From a virus, in the IMG/VR virus record IMGVR_UViG_3300025292_000005, positions 1 to 45,423 of that record: a DNA stretch of 45,423 nucleotides; one strand, written 5' to 3'. Position 1 is the stretch's first letter; every line of letters begins with the position of its first letter. Shown in pieces: positions 26,102 through 33,578 of the stretch. The notes under the pieces are model-generated. The model ran no database searches. It was not told the DNA's origin and saw only the letters and a program-made list of their open reading frames with translations. The position numbers were made by a program, and so were the translations under genes.

Positions 26102-26674
26102 TCATGCTGCCACCTCGTCAAACTTGGTTGCTTCATTGCCGAACGAATGCCAGCCGGGGCGGCTCTCACGGGCGAACACGTCGGCGCGGCGAGCTTGCGG
26201 CATTACCCGATCGCACATGGCATAGAATTCGTCTGGCTTTCGGCTGTGTTCTCGGGCGATTCCGTCGAATATCGTTTGAGGAATCGCCGTCTGTTTGGGG
26301 TTCCCGAGCGTGGCAACAACTACGACCTCTCCGGTCGTGCGGACACGATAACCAGTGCCCATTCGGATCTTGCCGGCCGGCGTCGTCTTGCGCCACATCA
26401 GCACCGACTTGTATTCGAAGCCCCATGCCTTGACGCACTCGATCGCCAAAGGCAGTTGCGGCGCGGTCGCCCAGCAGTAGAGAAGGCAGTCCATCGACGC
26501 GAGCTTCCCCACAGGCATGGCCAGGATATCGGCATCATTCATCAGGTCATATTTTGCGAGAGCCGACTTCTTCGCGCCTTCCTTGCTGTAGAGATCAAAA
26601 CCCCAAGGGGGATCAATCACCAACAGTTCGTAGTGCAGCGGAATCAGAGGATCGAAGAACCAGCCGCTCTCCAT
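26102..26674 (-). CDS. MT-A70-family DNA N6-adenine methyltransferase
   Basis: Catalytic DPPW motif (LLVIDPPWGF), with downstream patterns and size typical of phage MT-A70 methylases. Confidence 0.85.
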   Translation of the reverse strand: MESGWFFDPLIPLHYELLVIDPPWGFDLYSKEGAKKSALAKYDLMNDADILAMPVGKLASMDCLLYCWATAPQLPLAIECVKAWGFEYKSVLMWRKTTPAGKIRMGTGYRVRTTGEVVVVATLGNPKQTAIPQTIFDGIAREHSRKPDEFYAMCDRVMPQARRADVFARESRPGWHSFGNEATKFDEVAA

Positions 26675-26678
26675 CGTC

Positions 26679-26876
26679 TCAGTCCTCTTCCTTCATGGGG
26701 TGGGAGGGGGTGGAAAGCGCCGGGCGGTTATGGCCCGGGCATGGATCAACACGATCCAGCCCAGCGAATGTGCATCCGCAATCGTGACAGACGCCACCAG
26801 CGCTCCATTCGTGGAACTTGTGCCCCTCCATTTGAGGCTGGCGCGCCTGTGCCTGCGGTGTGTGTTCCTTGCTCAT
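26679..26876 (-). CDS. Small Cys/His-rich protein (65 aa)
   Basis: ATGA overlap with the upstream gene. HKFHEWSAGGVCHDCGC...CPGH suggests metal binding. Confidence 0.45.
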   Translation of the reverse strand: MSKEHTPQAQARQPQMEGHKFHEWSAGGVCHDCGCTFAGLDRVDPCPGHNRPALSTPSHPMKEED

Positions 26877-27136
26877 TCGTCGCGGTCCTTCCGAAGTTGG
26901 TCGCCTTTTGCCGTAAGTCCGTATCCGGCCCCGTGGGGTTCACCGTCATCAGTCCAAGAGCATCGGTAAAATTCCAGCAGCCCCTTGCGAGCCAATCCGC
27001 GCACTGCTCTGCGGACCTTCGTCCGATCTATTTCGGCACGTTGCGCAACGGTGCTGAACGAGATAACGCTGAAATCGACATCGCAATCTTTCCATGCGCG
27101 GAAGGCCTTGGCCTCGTATCCCGTCAGCCTCATCAC
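26873..27136 (-). CDS. Winged-helix (MarR-like) DNA-binding protein
   Basis: ISFSTVAQRAEIDRTKVRRAVRGLARKGLLE. Start is GTG 27136 or ATG 27133. Confidence 0.5.
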   Translation of the reverse strand: MMRLTGYEAKAFRAWKDCDVDFSVISFSTVAQRAEIDRTKVRRAVRGLARKGLLEFYRCSWTDDGEPHGAGYGLTAKGDQLRKDRDE

Positions 27137-27502
27137 TCACGCCTCTTCTGCTTCAGCTTTGCCAACTGCAGGCACAGCCATTCTCGCGCCCGTCGAAACA
27201 GGCTCTTGGTTAGTCTCTTCATGATTTATCCCTAGACGAGCCGCCCTGTAACGTTCGGCTGCTTCCTCGTTAGCTACGCAGGCCTTGTCATAGGCGATCA
27301 TGAGCGCCCGATAGACTGACCCCGCAACGTCCTTCATCTCTGCCGTCTTGTATTGAAGGCGGAACAGGTAGCTTTCTGGAATGCCAGTATTCTTTGCCAG
27401 CCGGTAACGGGCTGATTTTTCCTTATCGCCACGGCCGCGAAACTCTCTGTTCATGAGAGCGTCGGCCCAGCCTTTTGCTTCACTTAACGCCAAACTTGTC
27501 AT
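27137..27502 (-). CDS. Hypothetical early protein (121 aa)
   Basis: ATG at 27502 after GAGGATAAG. The ORF track extends to 27553. Confidence 0.5.
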   Translation of the reverse strand: MTSLALSEAKGWADALMNREFRGRGDKEKSARYRLAKNTGIPESYLFRLQYKTAEMKDVAGSVYRALMIAYDKACVANEEAAERYRAARLGINHEETNQEPVSTGARMAVPAVGKAEAEEA

Positions 27503-27521
27503 CTTATCCTCGGAAGCGTTC

Positions 27522-27537
27522 TTTCCGGATCCGGAAA
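27522..27537. promoter_or_regulatory. 16-bp perfect palindrome TTTCCGGATCCGGAAA
   Basis: Read directly, 20 nt upstream of the start codon at 27502. Confidence 0.5.
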
Positions 27538-27828
27538 ACCATTTTCCTAACATTCGTCATTTCCTGTGCGATTGATGATCCGCCAACGACGGAGCTTTCA
27601 GATGCACAGGACTTCAATTGAAGATGCAGAAACCGGCCATCCGGGAAGATATTCGGTCTCTGCATCTGGTCCGCCGCTCGCGGGTGCCGTTGTTCTTTCT
27701 TTTCCTCTTCCCTGCCCAACTGCCGCCATGGCTTGGGAAGATGAGGCCAGCTTGCCTGAAGATCCGCCGTCAATAGGCGAGCTGGCCGTCCGTATCGTGG
27801 GGAACTTCAAGCTCCCTAGATTGTTTGT

Positions 27829-27877
27829 GAGAGTGGCCGGCCCGGAGGGGGAGGACTAAAGCCGGCCACTCTCTTTT
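27829..27877 (+). terminator. 13-bp perfect GC-rich inverted repeat followed by TTTT on the plus strand
   Basis: GAGAGTGGCCGGC, a 19-nt loop, GCCGGCCACTCTC, then TTTT. The orientation fits plus-strand termination inside a minus-strand operon. Confidence 0.4.
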
Positions 27878-27903
27878 GATCGCTAGGTGGGAGGACCCCG
27901 CGA

Positions 27904-28065
27904 TCAAACTGCTTTGTCGAGGAAGATGGCTTCCGTGCCGGTCTCCTGGCGGTCAATGCGCTCAAGGGATTTTGCTCTGGAGAACCAAGCGGCCGTCACG
28001 ATCGCTAGGCCGAACCAGACAATGCCGGCGATGACGCCAAGGCCGAATGTGGTGAGCGTGGTCAT
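27904..28065 (-). CDS. 53-aa single-TM membrane protein (below the ORF-track size cutoff)
   Basis: MTTLTTFGLGVIAGIVWFGLAIVTAAWFSRAKSLERIDRQETGTEAIFLDKAV, with GGAGAG RBS. Confidence 0.5.
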   Translation of the reverse strand: MTTLTTFGLGVIAGIVWFGLAIVTAAWFSRAKSLERIDRQETGTEAIFLDKAV

Positions 28066-28069
28066 GGCG

Positions 28070-28312
28070 TTACTCTCCGTTGGTGAAGTGGTTGGGGACT
28101 ACTCGGTAGGCGATGATGTCGCTGTTTTTACCCAGGTGGGTCCACCGGAGATCGGCCGCCCTAAATTCCTCTGGACGCCAGATCGCATCAGGCTCCGTAT
28201 CGCATCGCCGTTTGAAATCTACGACCGTATCAGGAGCAACCGGGCAGATACCTCCCTCGTGCTCGATCCATTCGGCAGCTTCGAGCGCCTTCTCGTGTCT
28301 CTCGTCGGTCAT
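28070..28312 (-). CDS. Hypothetical early protein (80 aa)
   Basis: ATG at 28312 in ATGA overlap with the upstream stop. Confidence 0.5.
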   Translation of the reverse strand: MTDERHEKALEAAEWIEHEGGICPVAPDTVVDFKRRCDTEPDAIWRPEEFRAADLRWTHLGKNSDIIAYRVVPNHFTNGE

Positions 28313-28626
28313 GTTGGGGTTCCTTTCGGAGCGGCGGGGAGAGGCATCCAATGCGTGGGCTGACGCGGGTACGAAACCGGGTATCGGTCTACTTTGATCA
28401 TCGGCCCAAATTTAAAGTCGCCCCGCTTGTTGCGCTCAGATGGAAAGTAAAGGATGTGCTCCCCGCGCGACGCCGTGCTGATGTCTTGCCACTGGTCACG
28501 CTGGCGTTCTGCGAAGATGGCGGCGGCGATGATTTGGATGTCTTCGCCACCGAATGTCGGGGCTTCGAGCGCTGCATCAAATGCCTTTTCCGCCGCATCC
28601 ATGATGTCTTTCGGGATGTCGCTCAT
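28309..28626 (-). CDS. DUF551-like protein
   Basis: C-terminal PTHWMPLPAAP signature shared with the ORF at 29165..29428. Confidence 0.55.
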   Translation of the reverse strand: MSDIPKDIMDAAEKAFDAALEAPTFGGEDIQIIAAAIFAERQRDQWQDISTASRGEHILYFPSERNKRGDFKFGPMIKVDRYPVSYPRQPTHWMPLPAAPKGTPT

Positions 28627-28854
28627 CTACTCGCTCTCCTTATTCTGGGAGGGTTGGCGGGTGTTCCACAGGGCAATAGCCTTGGAAGGGTCGAGATCGG
28701 CAGCGCCAGTCACGCCGCAGACGCAGGCAACACGGTATGCGCGTTTGCCGATCGCGCTCTTGAACTCGGTAAGGTATACGCCGGCGTCCATGGTGGCGTT
28801 GTCGTCGCTGTCGTCATGGCCACTGAAAGGGCACGGAAGAAGGGACCCGCTCAC
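28627..28854 (-). CDS. Lar-family restriction-alleviation-like protein with a degenerate zinc ribbon
   Basis: LLPCPFSGHDD......YRVACVCGVTG.....KAIALWNTR parallels Lar (PCPFCG...C..CG....eAi.aWNrR), but the second Cys is replaced by Ser. GTG start in GTGA overlap. Confidence 0.55.
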   Translation of the reverse strand: MSGSLLPCPFSGHDDSDDNATMDAGVYLTEFKSAIGKRAYRVACVCGVTGAADLDPSKAIALWNTRQPSQNKESE

Positions 28855-28973
28855 TTCGCACCTTCCTTCGCCTTGGCCGCAAACCGGCTCGGGCCTTTCG
28901 GGTTATGACGGTCTCTGCCTTCTATGGAGCGCTGAGCGAATATGTCGTCGAGGGGCTTGGGGATGGGGGTCAT
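28851..28973 (-). CDS. 40-aa basic micro-protein
   Basis: MTPIPKPLDDIFAQRSIEGRDRHNPKGPSRFAAKAKEGAK, with ATGA and GTGA coupling on both sides. Confidence 0.4.
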   Translation of the reverse strand: MTPIPKPLDDIFAQRSIEGRDRHNPKGPSRFAAKAKEGAK

Positions 28974-29158
28974 GGCTTCACGACGCCTAGGGCAACGGCC
29001 ACCTTGACACCTTCACGGGTCAGGAAATTCCAGCCATCATGACGATCGACATAGCCAACCTTCACCAGTTCATCTCGATCAGACTTGCTGATGAGATCGC
29101 CGTCCCAAACGAGGCCCTTGATAGCCATATGCATGATTGTTTCGGTACGGTTGCTCAT
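28970..29158 (-). CDS. Hypothetical early protein (62 aa)
   Basis: GAGG RBS, within the operon. Confidence 0.5.
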   Translation of the reverse strand: MSNRTETIMHMAIKGLVWDGDLISKSDRDELVKVGYVDRHDGWNFLTREGVKVAVALGVVKP

Positions 29159-29164
29159 TGCCCC

Positions 29165-29428
29165 TCACTCTCCGTTTCCGTTTGCCGGTGGCTGTGGAAG
29201 AGGCATCCAGTGGGTGGCGCTGGCACAAAGACGGCTCCTGATGCCGATAGATTCAAACCACCCCGCCGGGCGTTGAAGATGAAGTGTCCCGAACCTGTCG
29301 GCATATGCCTCTCTCTGCGCGCGCCACGAAACAATAGACGGGAGACACACACCGTCAGTGATGAGTATGTAATGGACAGCGTCCTCATTCGTCTTCGGAG
29401 CCGTCTCGATTGGTTGCCACTCGCTCAT
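29165..29428 (-). CDS. DUF551-family protein
   Basis: MSEWQPIETAPK... and C-terminal THWMPLPQPP. ATG at 29428 in ATGA overlap. Confidence 0.65.
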   Translation of the reverse strand: MSEWQPIETAPKTNEDAVHYILITDGVCLPSIVSWRAQREAYADRFGTLHLQRPAGWFESIGIRSRLCASATHWMPLPQPPANGNGE

Positions 29429-29730
29429 GATGCCGCCTCCGTGGCCCAATCTGGTGTTGGTAGCCGTGCCTCAACCAAGGCGTCGAAAGCCATGCTCCTA
29501 GCCTCCTCGTCCTTCGAAAAGGCAAGCGTATGCCACCCGTAAAGAGCCGTTTGAGCCTGGATGAGATCGAGCAATTTTTCCCAAACACCAGTTTCCTTGA
29601 GGAGCTTCACCCTGTTCGAACCGGCATTCTTGCCTTTGAACCCAAGATCATGGGAGGCAACCCAATCCGGCCCCATGCCAAAATGGCGGGCAAGCATCAT
29701 GTCATCATCGATAGACCAACGTCTGCTCAT
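29425..29730 (-). CDS. Hypothetical early protein (101 aa)
   Basis: Stop-start overlap with both neighbours. Confidence 0.5.
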   Translation of the reverse strand: MSRRWSIDDDMMLARHFGMGPDWVASHDLGFKGKNAGSNRVKLLKETGVWEKLLDLIQAQTALYGWHTLAFSKDEEARSMAFDALVEARLPTPDWATEAAS

Positions 29731-30263
29731 CAGTTCGCCTCTATATGTTTGGCTTTGGAGAGTTTCGCCTGATGATTAGACGCTGGCGAAATCCAGTCGG
29801 CCGGGAGGTTCTTGAGGTTGGAAAACCCGAGAACCTGTCTCCGCTTCTTCGGTATGGAATTGATCTGGACGTAGAGTTGCGTCATGCCTCCGTTGCGAGT
29901 GATGCAGCCCGGGAAGAGCGTTTCAGCAGCCGTCCAGTAATCGTCCTCCCCCTTGAGCATGGACGTTTTGACGCCTCTCGCCCCGAGCATCGCCCGGAGC
30001 CCTTCATGGGCGAATGCAGAGTTTGCAGCCCGTCGCTGCGATCTTTCCGCCAGCAGCTTTTCCAGTTCAGAGAGAAGCTTGCGCCCGTTCTCTTCGGTCT
30101 GGCTGTTGAAGTTGAACCCGCCGTGCTCGGCCAATTCCGCGTCTCGAATGTCGGTCGCGACACATACCGCGGCCCAATAGTGCGTCAGCGCCGGATCGCT
30201 CAGGTTCGCTTGCTGGAACCGCAGACGGGTGGCGCAGAGCGGATAAGCGGAGACATTCAACAT
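29730..30263 (-). CDS. Hypothetical early protein (177 aa)
   Basis: The ATG at 30263 overlaps the upstream stop by 1 nt. The ORF track extends to 30299. Confidence 0.5.
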   Translation of the reverse strand: MLNVSAYPLCATRLRFQQANLSDPALTHYWAAVCVATDIRDAELAEHGGFNFNSQTEENGRKLLSELEKLLAERSQRRAANSAFAHEGLRAMLGARGVKTSMLKGEDDYWTAAETLFPGCITRNGGMTQLYVQINSIPKKRRQVLGFSNLKNLPADWISPASNHQAKLSKAKHIEAN

Positions 30264-30547
30264 CACTGTGCCGCCTCCAACTCCAACACCCTCGCCCAAG
30301 CATCCTTGCGGAGTTGTTCCAAACGCTTGGTGTACTGGTCGGATGCTTCAATATGAGCCGCAGGGAATGCAATCTTCCTGCAGGCATTCCAGCACTCGAC
30401 GAGGCGCTCCCCGTCTATCCCCTCCTTTGGAAAGGAAACGATCGGTCTTTCGGAGTTGCCGAGGCAAATGTGGAACATCTCTATCCCGGCAGAATCCGGC
30501 TCTTCAACCCAAAAGGTAAGCTGCGGGAAAGCCTTAAATTCGCTCAT
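30263..30547 (-). CDS. Hypothetical early protein (94 aa)
   Basis: ATGA-type coupling to the Cro-like gene. Confidence 0.5.
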   Translation of the reverse strand: MSEFKAFPQLTFWVEEPDSAGIEMFHICLGNSERPIVSFPKEGIDGERLVECWNACRKIAFPAAHIEASDQYTKRLEQLRKDAWARVLELEAAQ

Positions 30548-30774
30548 GCCGCCGTCTCCCGAGCTGCAAGGTTAGCCACGTACAACTCGTCTGGACTGGT
30601 TTCTGCTAGCGACATGAGTAGCGGCCAGTGACGGTCCGGGATGCCAATTTTCGACCACTTGTAGACTGCGTCATAAGTCAAAGGACGCTTTCCAGAAGCG
30701 TCTACTGGCCCGCTTGCTTCGCTGATCCTACGGGCCCCGCCCGCCGCCGTGATGATGTCTGCTATGGTTCTCAT
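30544..30774 (-). CDS. Cro-like / YdaS-type HTH regulator, first gene of the leftward early operon
   Basis: IADIITAAGGARRISEASG.......YDAVYKWSKIGIPDRHW resembles the YdaS/Cro family. Divergent from the CI-like gene. Confidence 0.6.
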   Translation of the reverse strand: MRTIADIITAAGGARRISEASGPVDASGKRPLTYDAVYKWSKIGIPDRHWPLLMSLAETSPDELYVANLAARETAA

Positions 30775-30788
30775 GCCTGCCTTTATAC

Positions 30789-30801
30789 GGAATTAAATTC
30801 C
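30789..30801. promoter_or_regulatory. Operator candidate GGAATTAAATTCC (perfect 5-3-5 palindrome)
   Basis: Lies in the 84-bp CI/Cro intergenic region. A near-identical copy sits at 31929..31942. Confidence 0.6.
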
Positions 30802-30828
30802 ATCTTTCAAGCACGGATTTCAGTAACC

Positions 30829-30843
30829 TTGAATTATTTTCAA
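30829..30843. promoter_or_regulatory. Operator candidate TTGAATTATTTTCAA
   Basis: TTGAA/TTCAA inverted repeat in the CI/Cro intergenic region. Confidence 0.45.
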
Positions 30844-30858
30844 AGATAAGACTCCGGT

Positions 30859-31440
30859 ATGGATTGGTCTTCGCGCTTACACAGAACGTTCGAGAAAACC
30901 GGCTGGAGCAAGATGGAGCTCTCGCGGCGCTCTGGCGTGTCTTACGACAACGTCAACAAATACCTGGCCGGAAAGGTCGAGAAGCCACGGGGCGCAACCC
31001 TGTCTGCGTTGGCTCGGGCTTTGGAGGTGGACGAGTTGTGGCTGGAGAAAGGTATTGACCCGGACAACCCTACTCGTCTTGTGCCCCTGAAGGGATTTAT
31101 CGGCGCTGGCGGCCACATTGAAGCTATCGAGCAAGGCCCAGAAGAGATCGAGGCTCCCGCCGACTCCCATCCCGACACCGTGGCGGCAGAGATCAGGGGT
31201 GACTCTCAATTGCCTGTCCTACATGACGGATGGATCATATACTGGTCGATCGCCAAACCGGCTTATGAGATGATAAACCAGCTCGCCGTTGTCCAACTTT
31301 CTGACGGCCGCATCATGGTCAAGACGCTTCGGAATGGGTCTAAGCCAGGAATGTACACCCTCACCAGTTTCAACGCTGCAGATATCGTTGATGTGCCGGT
31401 CGATTGGGCTGCGAAGATCGATTGGATCAAGCCCCGTTGA
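30859..31440 (+). CDS. CI-like repressor (XRE HTH plus S24 LexA-like autocleavage domain)
   Basis: N-terminal HTH WSKMELSRRSGVSYDNVNKYLAG, an Ala-Gly candidate cleavage site in IGAGGH, a GDSQLP Ser motif and a downstream MVKTL Lys. Confidence 0.85.
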   Translation: MDWSSRLHRTFEKTGWSKMELSRRSGVSYDNVNKYLAGKVEKPRGATLSALARALEVDELWLEKGIDPDNPTRLVPLKGFIGAGGHIEAIEQGPEEIEAPADSHPDTVAAEIRGDSQLPVLHDGWIIYWSIAKPAYEMINQLAVVQLSDGRIMVKTLRNGSKPGMYTLTSFNAADIVDVPVDWAAKIDWIKPR

Positions 31441-31534
31441 GTCTAATTTTTAGACTACATAGATATTAGGTCTTTATCTTTATCTTCCTTAAGAGAATAT
31501 ATAGACCTAATATCTCTGGGTCTAATTTTTAGAC
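31441..31534. repeat. AT-rich nested palindromic element exactly filling the gap between two convergent stop codons
   Basis: GTCTAATTTTTAGAC at 31441-31455 and again at 31520-31534. The 13-bp inverted repeat AGATATTAGGTCT (31461-31473) / AGACCTAATATCT (31503-31515) lies between them. Confidence 0.85.
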
Positions 31535-31858
31535 TCAATTTTCCCGAGAACGCCTCCAGACTTCGTCTCCGGTGAAGGGCATTGAGTAGAAGCTCCCCTC
31601 AGCGTGATACGTCTCCACGGTCAGGAAACCCGCCTTCTTGAGCTCTTTAATGGCATTGGCAAGAGTTCCCCTGCTCATGTGGGCGTTCTCGCAAAGCCAT
31701 TCATACCTGGGCCTGACCCGTTCTCGGGTGTCAGGCTGCAAGAAGGTTGCAAACAACAATCCCACCCGAACGGCGGCCGAACCCACCTCGTCGCACCGAG
31801 CGAGTTCATAAAGCCAATCGACCCGGTTTTTGTGCCACTGCGCAACGTAATCATCCAT
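31535..31858 (-). CDS. Winged-helix DNA-binding protein (second repressor or initiator candidate)
   Basis: AHMSRGTLANAIKELKKAGFL is wHTH-like. GAGGGGG RBS. Flanked on both sides by AT-rich repeat-bearing DNA. Confidence 0.55.
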   Translation of the reverse strand: MDDYVAQWHKNRVDWLYELARCDEVGSAAVRVGLLFATFLQPDTRERVRPRYEWLCENAHMSRGTLANAIKELKKAGFLTVETYHAEGSFYSMPFTGDEVWRRSREN

Positions 31859-31872
31859 ACCCCCTCATAGCA

Positions 31873-31942
31873 TTGGAATTTTTTTCCGTCTATCCATGTT
31901 GGAATTTTTTTCAACATTGGCGTTGACATTGAATTTAATTCC
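31873..31942. promoter_or_regulatory. Repeat cluster: TTGGAATTTTTTTC x2 (31873-31886, 31899-31912) plus TTGAATTTAATTCC (31929-31942)
   Basis: Read directly in the divergent region between the wHTH gene and the rightward operon. The third site is the reverse complement of the CI/Cro operator with one mismatch. Confidence 0.65.
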
Positions 31943-32000
31943 ATGCGATAACTCCTCAACACCACAGCGAGGCAAGACCTTCGCAAACGAGGAGAAGACG

Positions 32001-32252
32001 ATGGCTTACTGGACGGTAGTTGGGGACGCCCGCAACGACGCAGCCAAGGCACGCGACTGGCGCGCTCATACCGCTCAGACGGATTGGGACGCCGAAATGC
32101 TCCGCTTGGAAAAGGAAGCTGAACTTATTCGCGACACCGAAATTGGGCCGCGTGCCGACCGGAAGGTCGAAGCTCTGCGCCGTGAATGGAAGTCAGCTTT
32201 CTACAACAAGTATTTTGCAGAGCACGGGCGTCAACATCCCGATTTGCTTTGA
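32001..32252 (+). CDS. Hypothetical protein (83 aa), first gene of the rightward early operon
   Basis: ATG at 32001 after GAGGAGAAG. The ORF track starts at 31896. Confidence 0.55.
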   Translation: MAYWTVVGDARNDAAKARDWRAHTAQTDWDAEMLRLEKEAELIRDTEIGPRADRKVEALRREWKSAFYNKYFAEHGRQHPDLL

Positions 32253-32336
32253 TCCCCTTCGATATCCGCCCCTCACCGGACGGATATCGAATTGGACCAC
32301 CGGTCTGCAAGACCAGATCGATAAACGGAACTGGAG

Positions 32337-32774
32337 ATGAAGATGGACAGCATCAAAGACAGGCTTGAGCAGGCGAACGTCAGGATCGATAAACTAATCT
32401 GGATCCCAGGCGCCGTCGCTGCGATGTCAATCCCGGAAGATCTCAAGGACCTAATCGTCGATGAGCTCTATAACGGCGACCACGCGCAGGTCATTGCGAA
32501 GCTGCCTAGGCTGGCAGGAGTTCTGTCGAGCGCCGATGAGCCGGACGAGGACTGGATCAACGAAGTCCTTTATCCCGAATCTGGCTTCTTCGCCAAGCTG
32601 GCTCGGCCCATTCCGACGCAATTCTACAGCGAAACAAGCCATGAATTTTCATGGGGATATTACCAGATTAAATGGGTTCATGTCGACGACATGGACGAGC
32701 TAACCGCGCTTGCGGAGGCGTTTTCCGAAGATGTGGTCAAGCGCGCTTACCTGAAATCTCAAGCGACCGACTGA
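32337..32774 (+). CDS. Hypothetical early protein (145 aa)
   Basis: GGAG precedes it. The ATG at 32343 may be the true start. Confidence 0.5.
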   Translation: MKMDSIKDRLEQANVRIDKLIWIPGAVAAMSIPEDLKDLIVDELYNGDHAQVIAKLPRLAGVLSSADEPDEDWINEVLYPESGFFAKLARPIPTQFYSETSHEFSWGYYQIKWVHVDDMDELTALAEAFSEDVVKRAYLKSQATD

Positions 32775-32805
32775 ACCCACACTCTCCCTCGTAAGGAACA
32801 CGTAC

Positions 32806-33093
32806 ATGGCAGACAGCAAGCAGAGTTTCACACCGGGACCGTGGACGTTTAAGCGAGACGCCCAGTACTATTTTTCGGTCTATTCTGACGCCGGCCAGAG
32901 AGTTGCGACAGCAAGCGACTTGATAGCGGACAAGGGCAAAGCGAATGCCCAATTGATTTCCGCTGCTCCCGACCTTTTGGCGGCGCTGAAGGATCTAGCC
33001 GACTACCACAGTGCGGACCTGAATAGCGATTTCGGCAATGAGGCTGCGCGCATGCACCGCGCTCTCGAAGCCATCGCCAAGGCAGGAGGCTGA
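32806..33093 (+). CDS. Hypothetical early protein (95 aa)
   Basis: GPW...ANAQLISAAPDLLAALKDL is a motif common in small phage proteins. Confidence 0.5.
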   Translation: MADSKQSFTPGPWTFKRDAQYYFSVYSDAGQRVATASDLIADKGKANAQLISAAPDLLAALKDLADYHSADLNSDFGNEAARMHRALEAIAKAGG

Positions 33094-33094
33094 A

Positions 33095-33349
33095 ATGTCC
33101 TTCGTCACCCGCTTCCACATCTCCCGGCTGACCGATGCGAACGCCACGGAATACTACGCCCTGACCAATGATCGGGACGACTGGACGCGGGATCGTCGTG
33201 ACGCCGTTGAGTTCTCCACCTTCGAAAGAGCCGCGCGCCGTGCTGATCGTGTCGGCGGCGAGGCCTTCGAGTTCACCCGACCGGCAACCGCCCTTGAGGT
33301 GCTGATGCTGAGCCGTCCCATCCAAATTCACCTTCAAGCTGCGGAGTAA
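33095..33349 (+). CDS. Hypothetical early protein (84 aa)
   Basis: ATG at 33095 after AGGAGG. The ORF track starts at 33038, inside the upstream gene. Confidence 0.5.
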   Translation: MSFVTRFHISRLTDANATEYYALTNDRDDWTRDRRDAVEFSTFERAARRADRVGGEAFEFTRPATALEVLMLSRPIQIHLQAAE

Positions 33350-33353
33350 GATT

Positions 33354-33578
33354 ATGAACGAGAAGATCAATTTCGCAATGGCCAAGTATGCGGCTGCAGA
33401 AGTCCTCGAAGGGCTGATCGCCACGCAACACGCCGAGAAGTACCGCGATATCCACCTCGACACGGTCGAACAGAACTTCGTCGATCTCGCCCGCGAGCTT
33501 GGTTTCGCCGTCTACCCACTCCCTGCCTACATCGACACCCTTCCCCGTGGGGCCTCTCTTGCTGAGGAGGCGCGGTGA
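33354..33578 (+). CDS. Hypothetical early protein (74 aa)
   Basis: Lies in the operon with stop-start coupling to the next gene. Confidence 0.5.
   Translation: MNEKINFAMAKYAAAEVLEGLIATQHAEKYRDIHLDTVEQNFVDLARELGFAVYPLPAYIDTLPRGASLAEEAR

Noticed and set aside
27566-27859. 97-aa plus-strand ORF ending in the 27829-27873 hairpin, considered as a counter-oriented moron.
   Set aside because: It is not annotated as a CDS because it has a GTG start without an RBS, poor composition and no motif. It is kept only as one possibility in the finding for 27503-27903.
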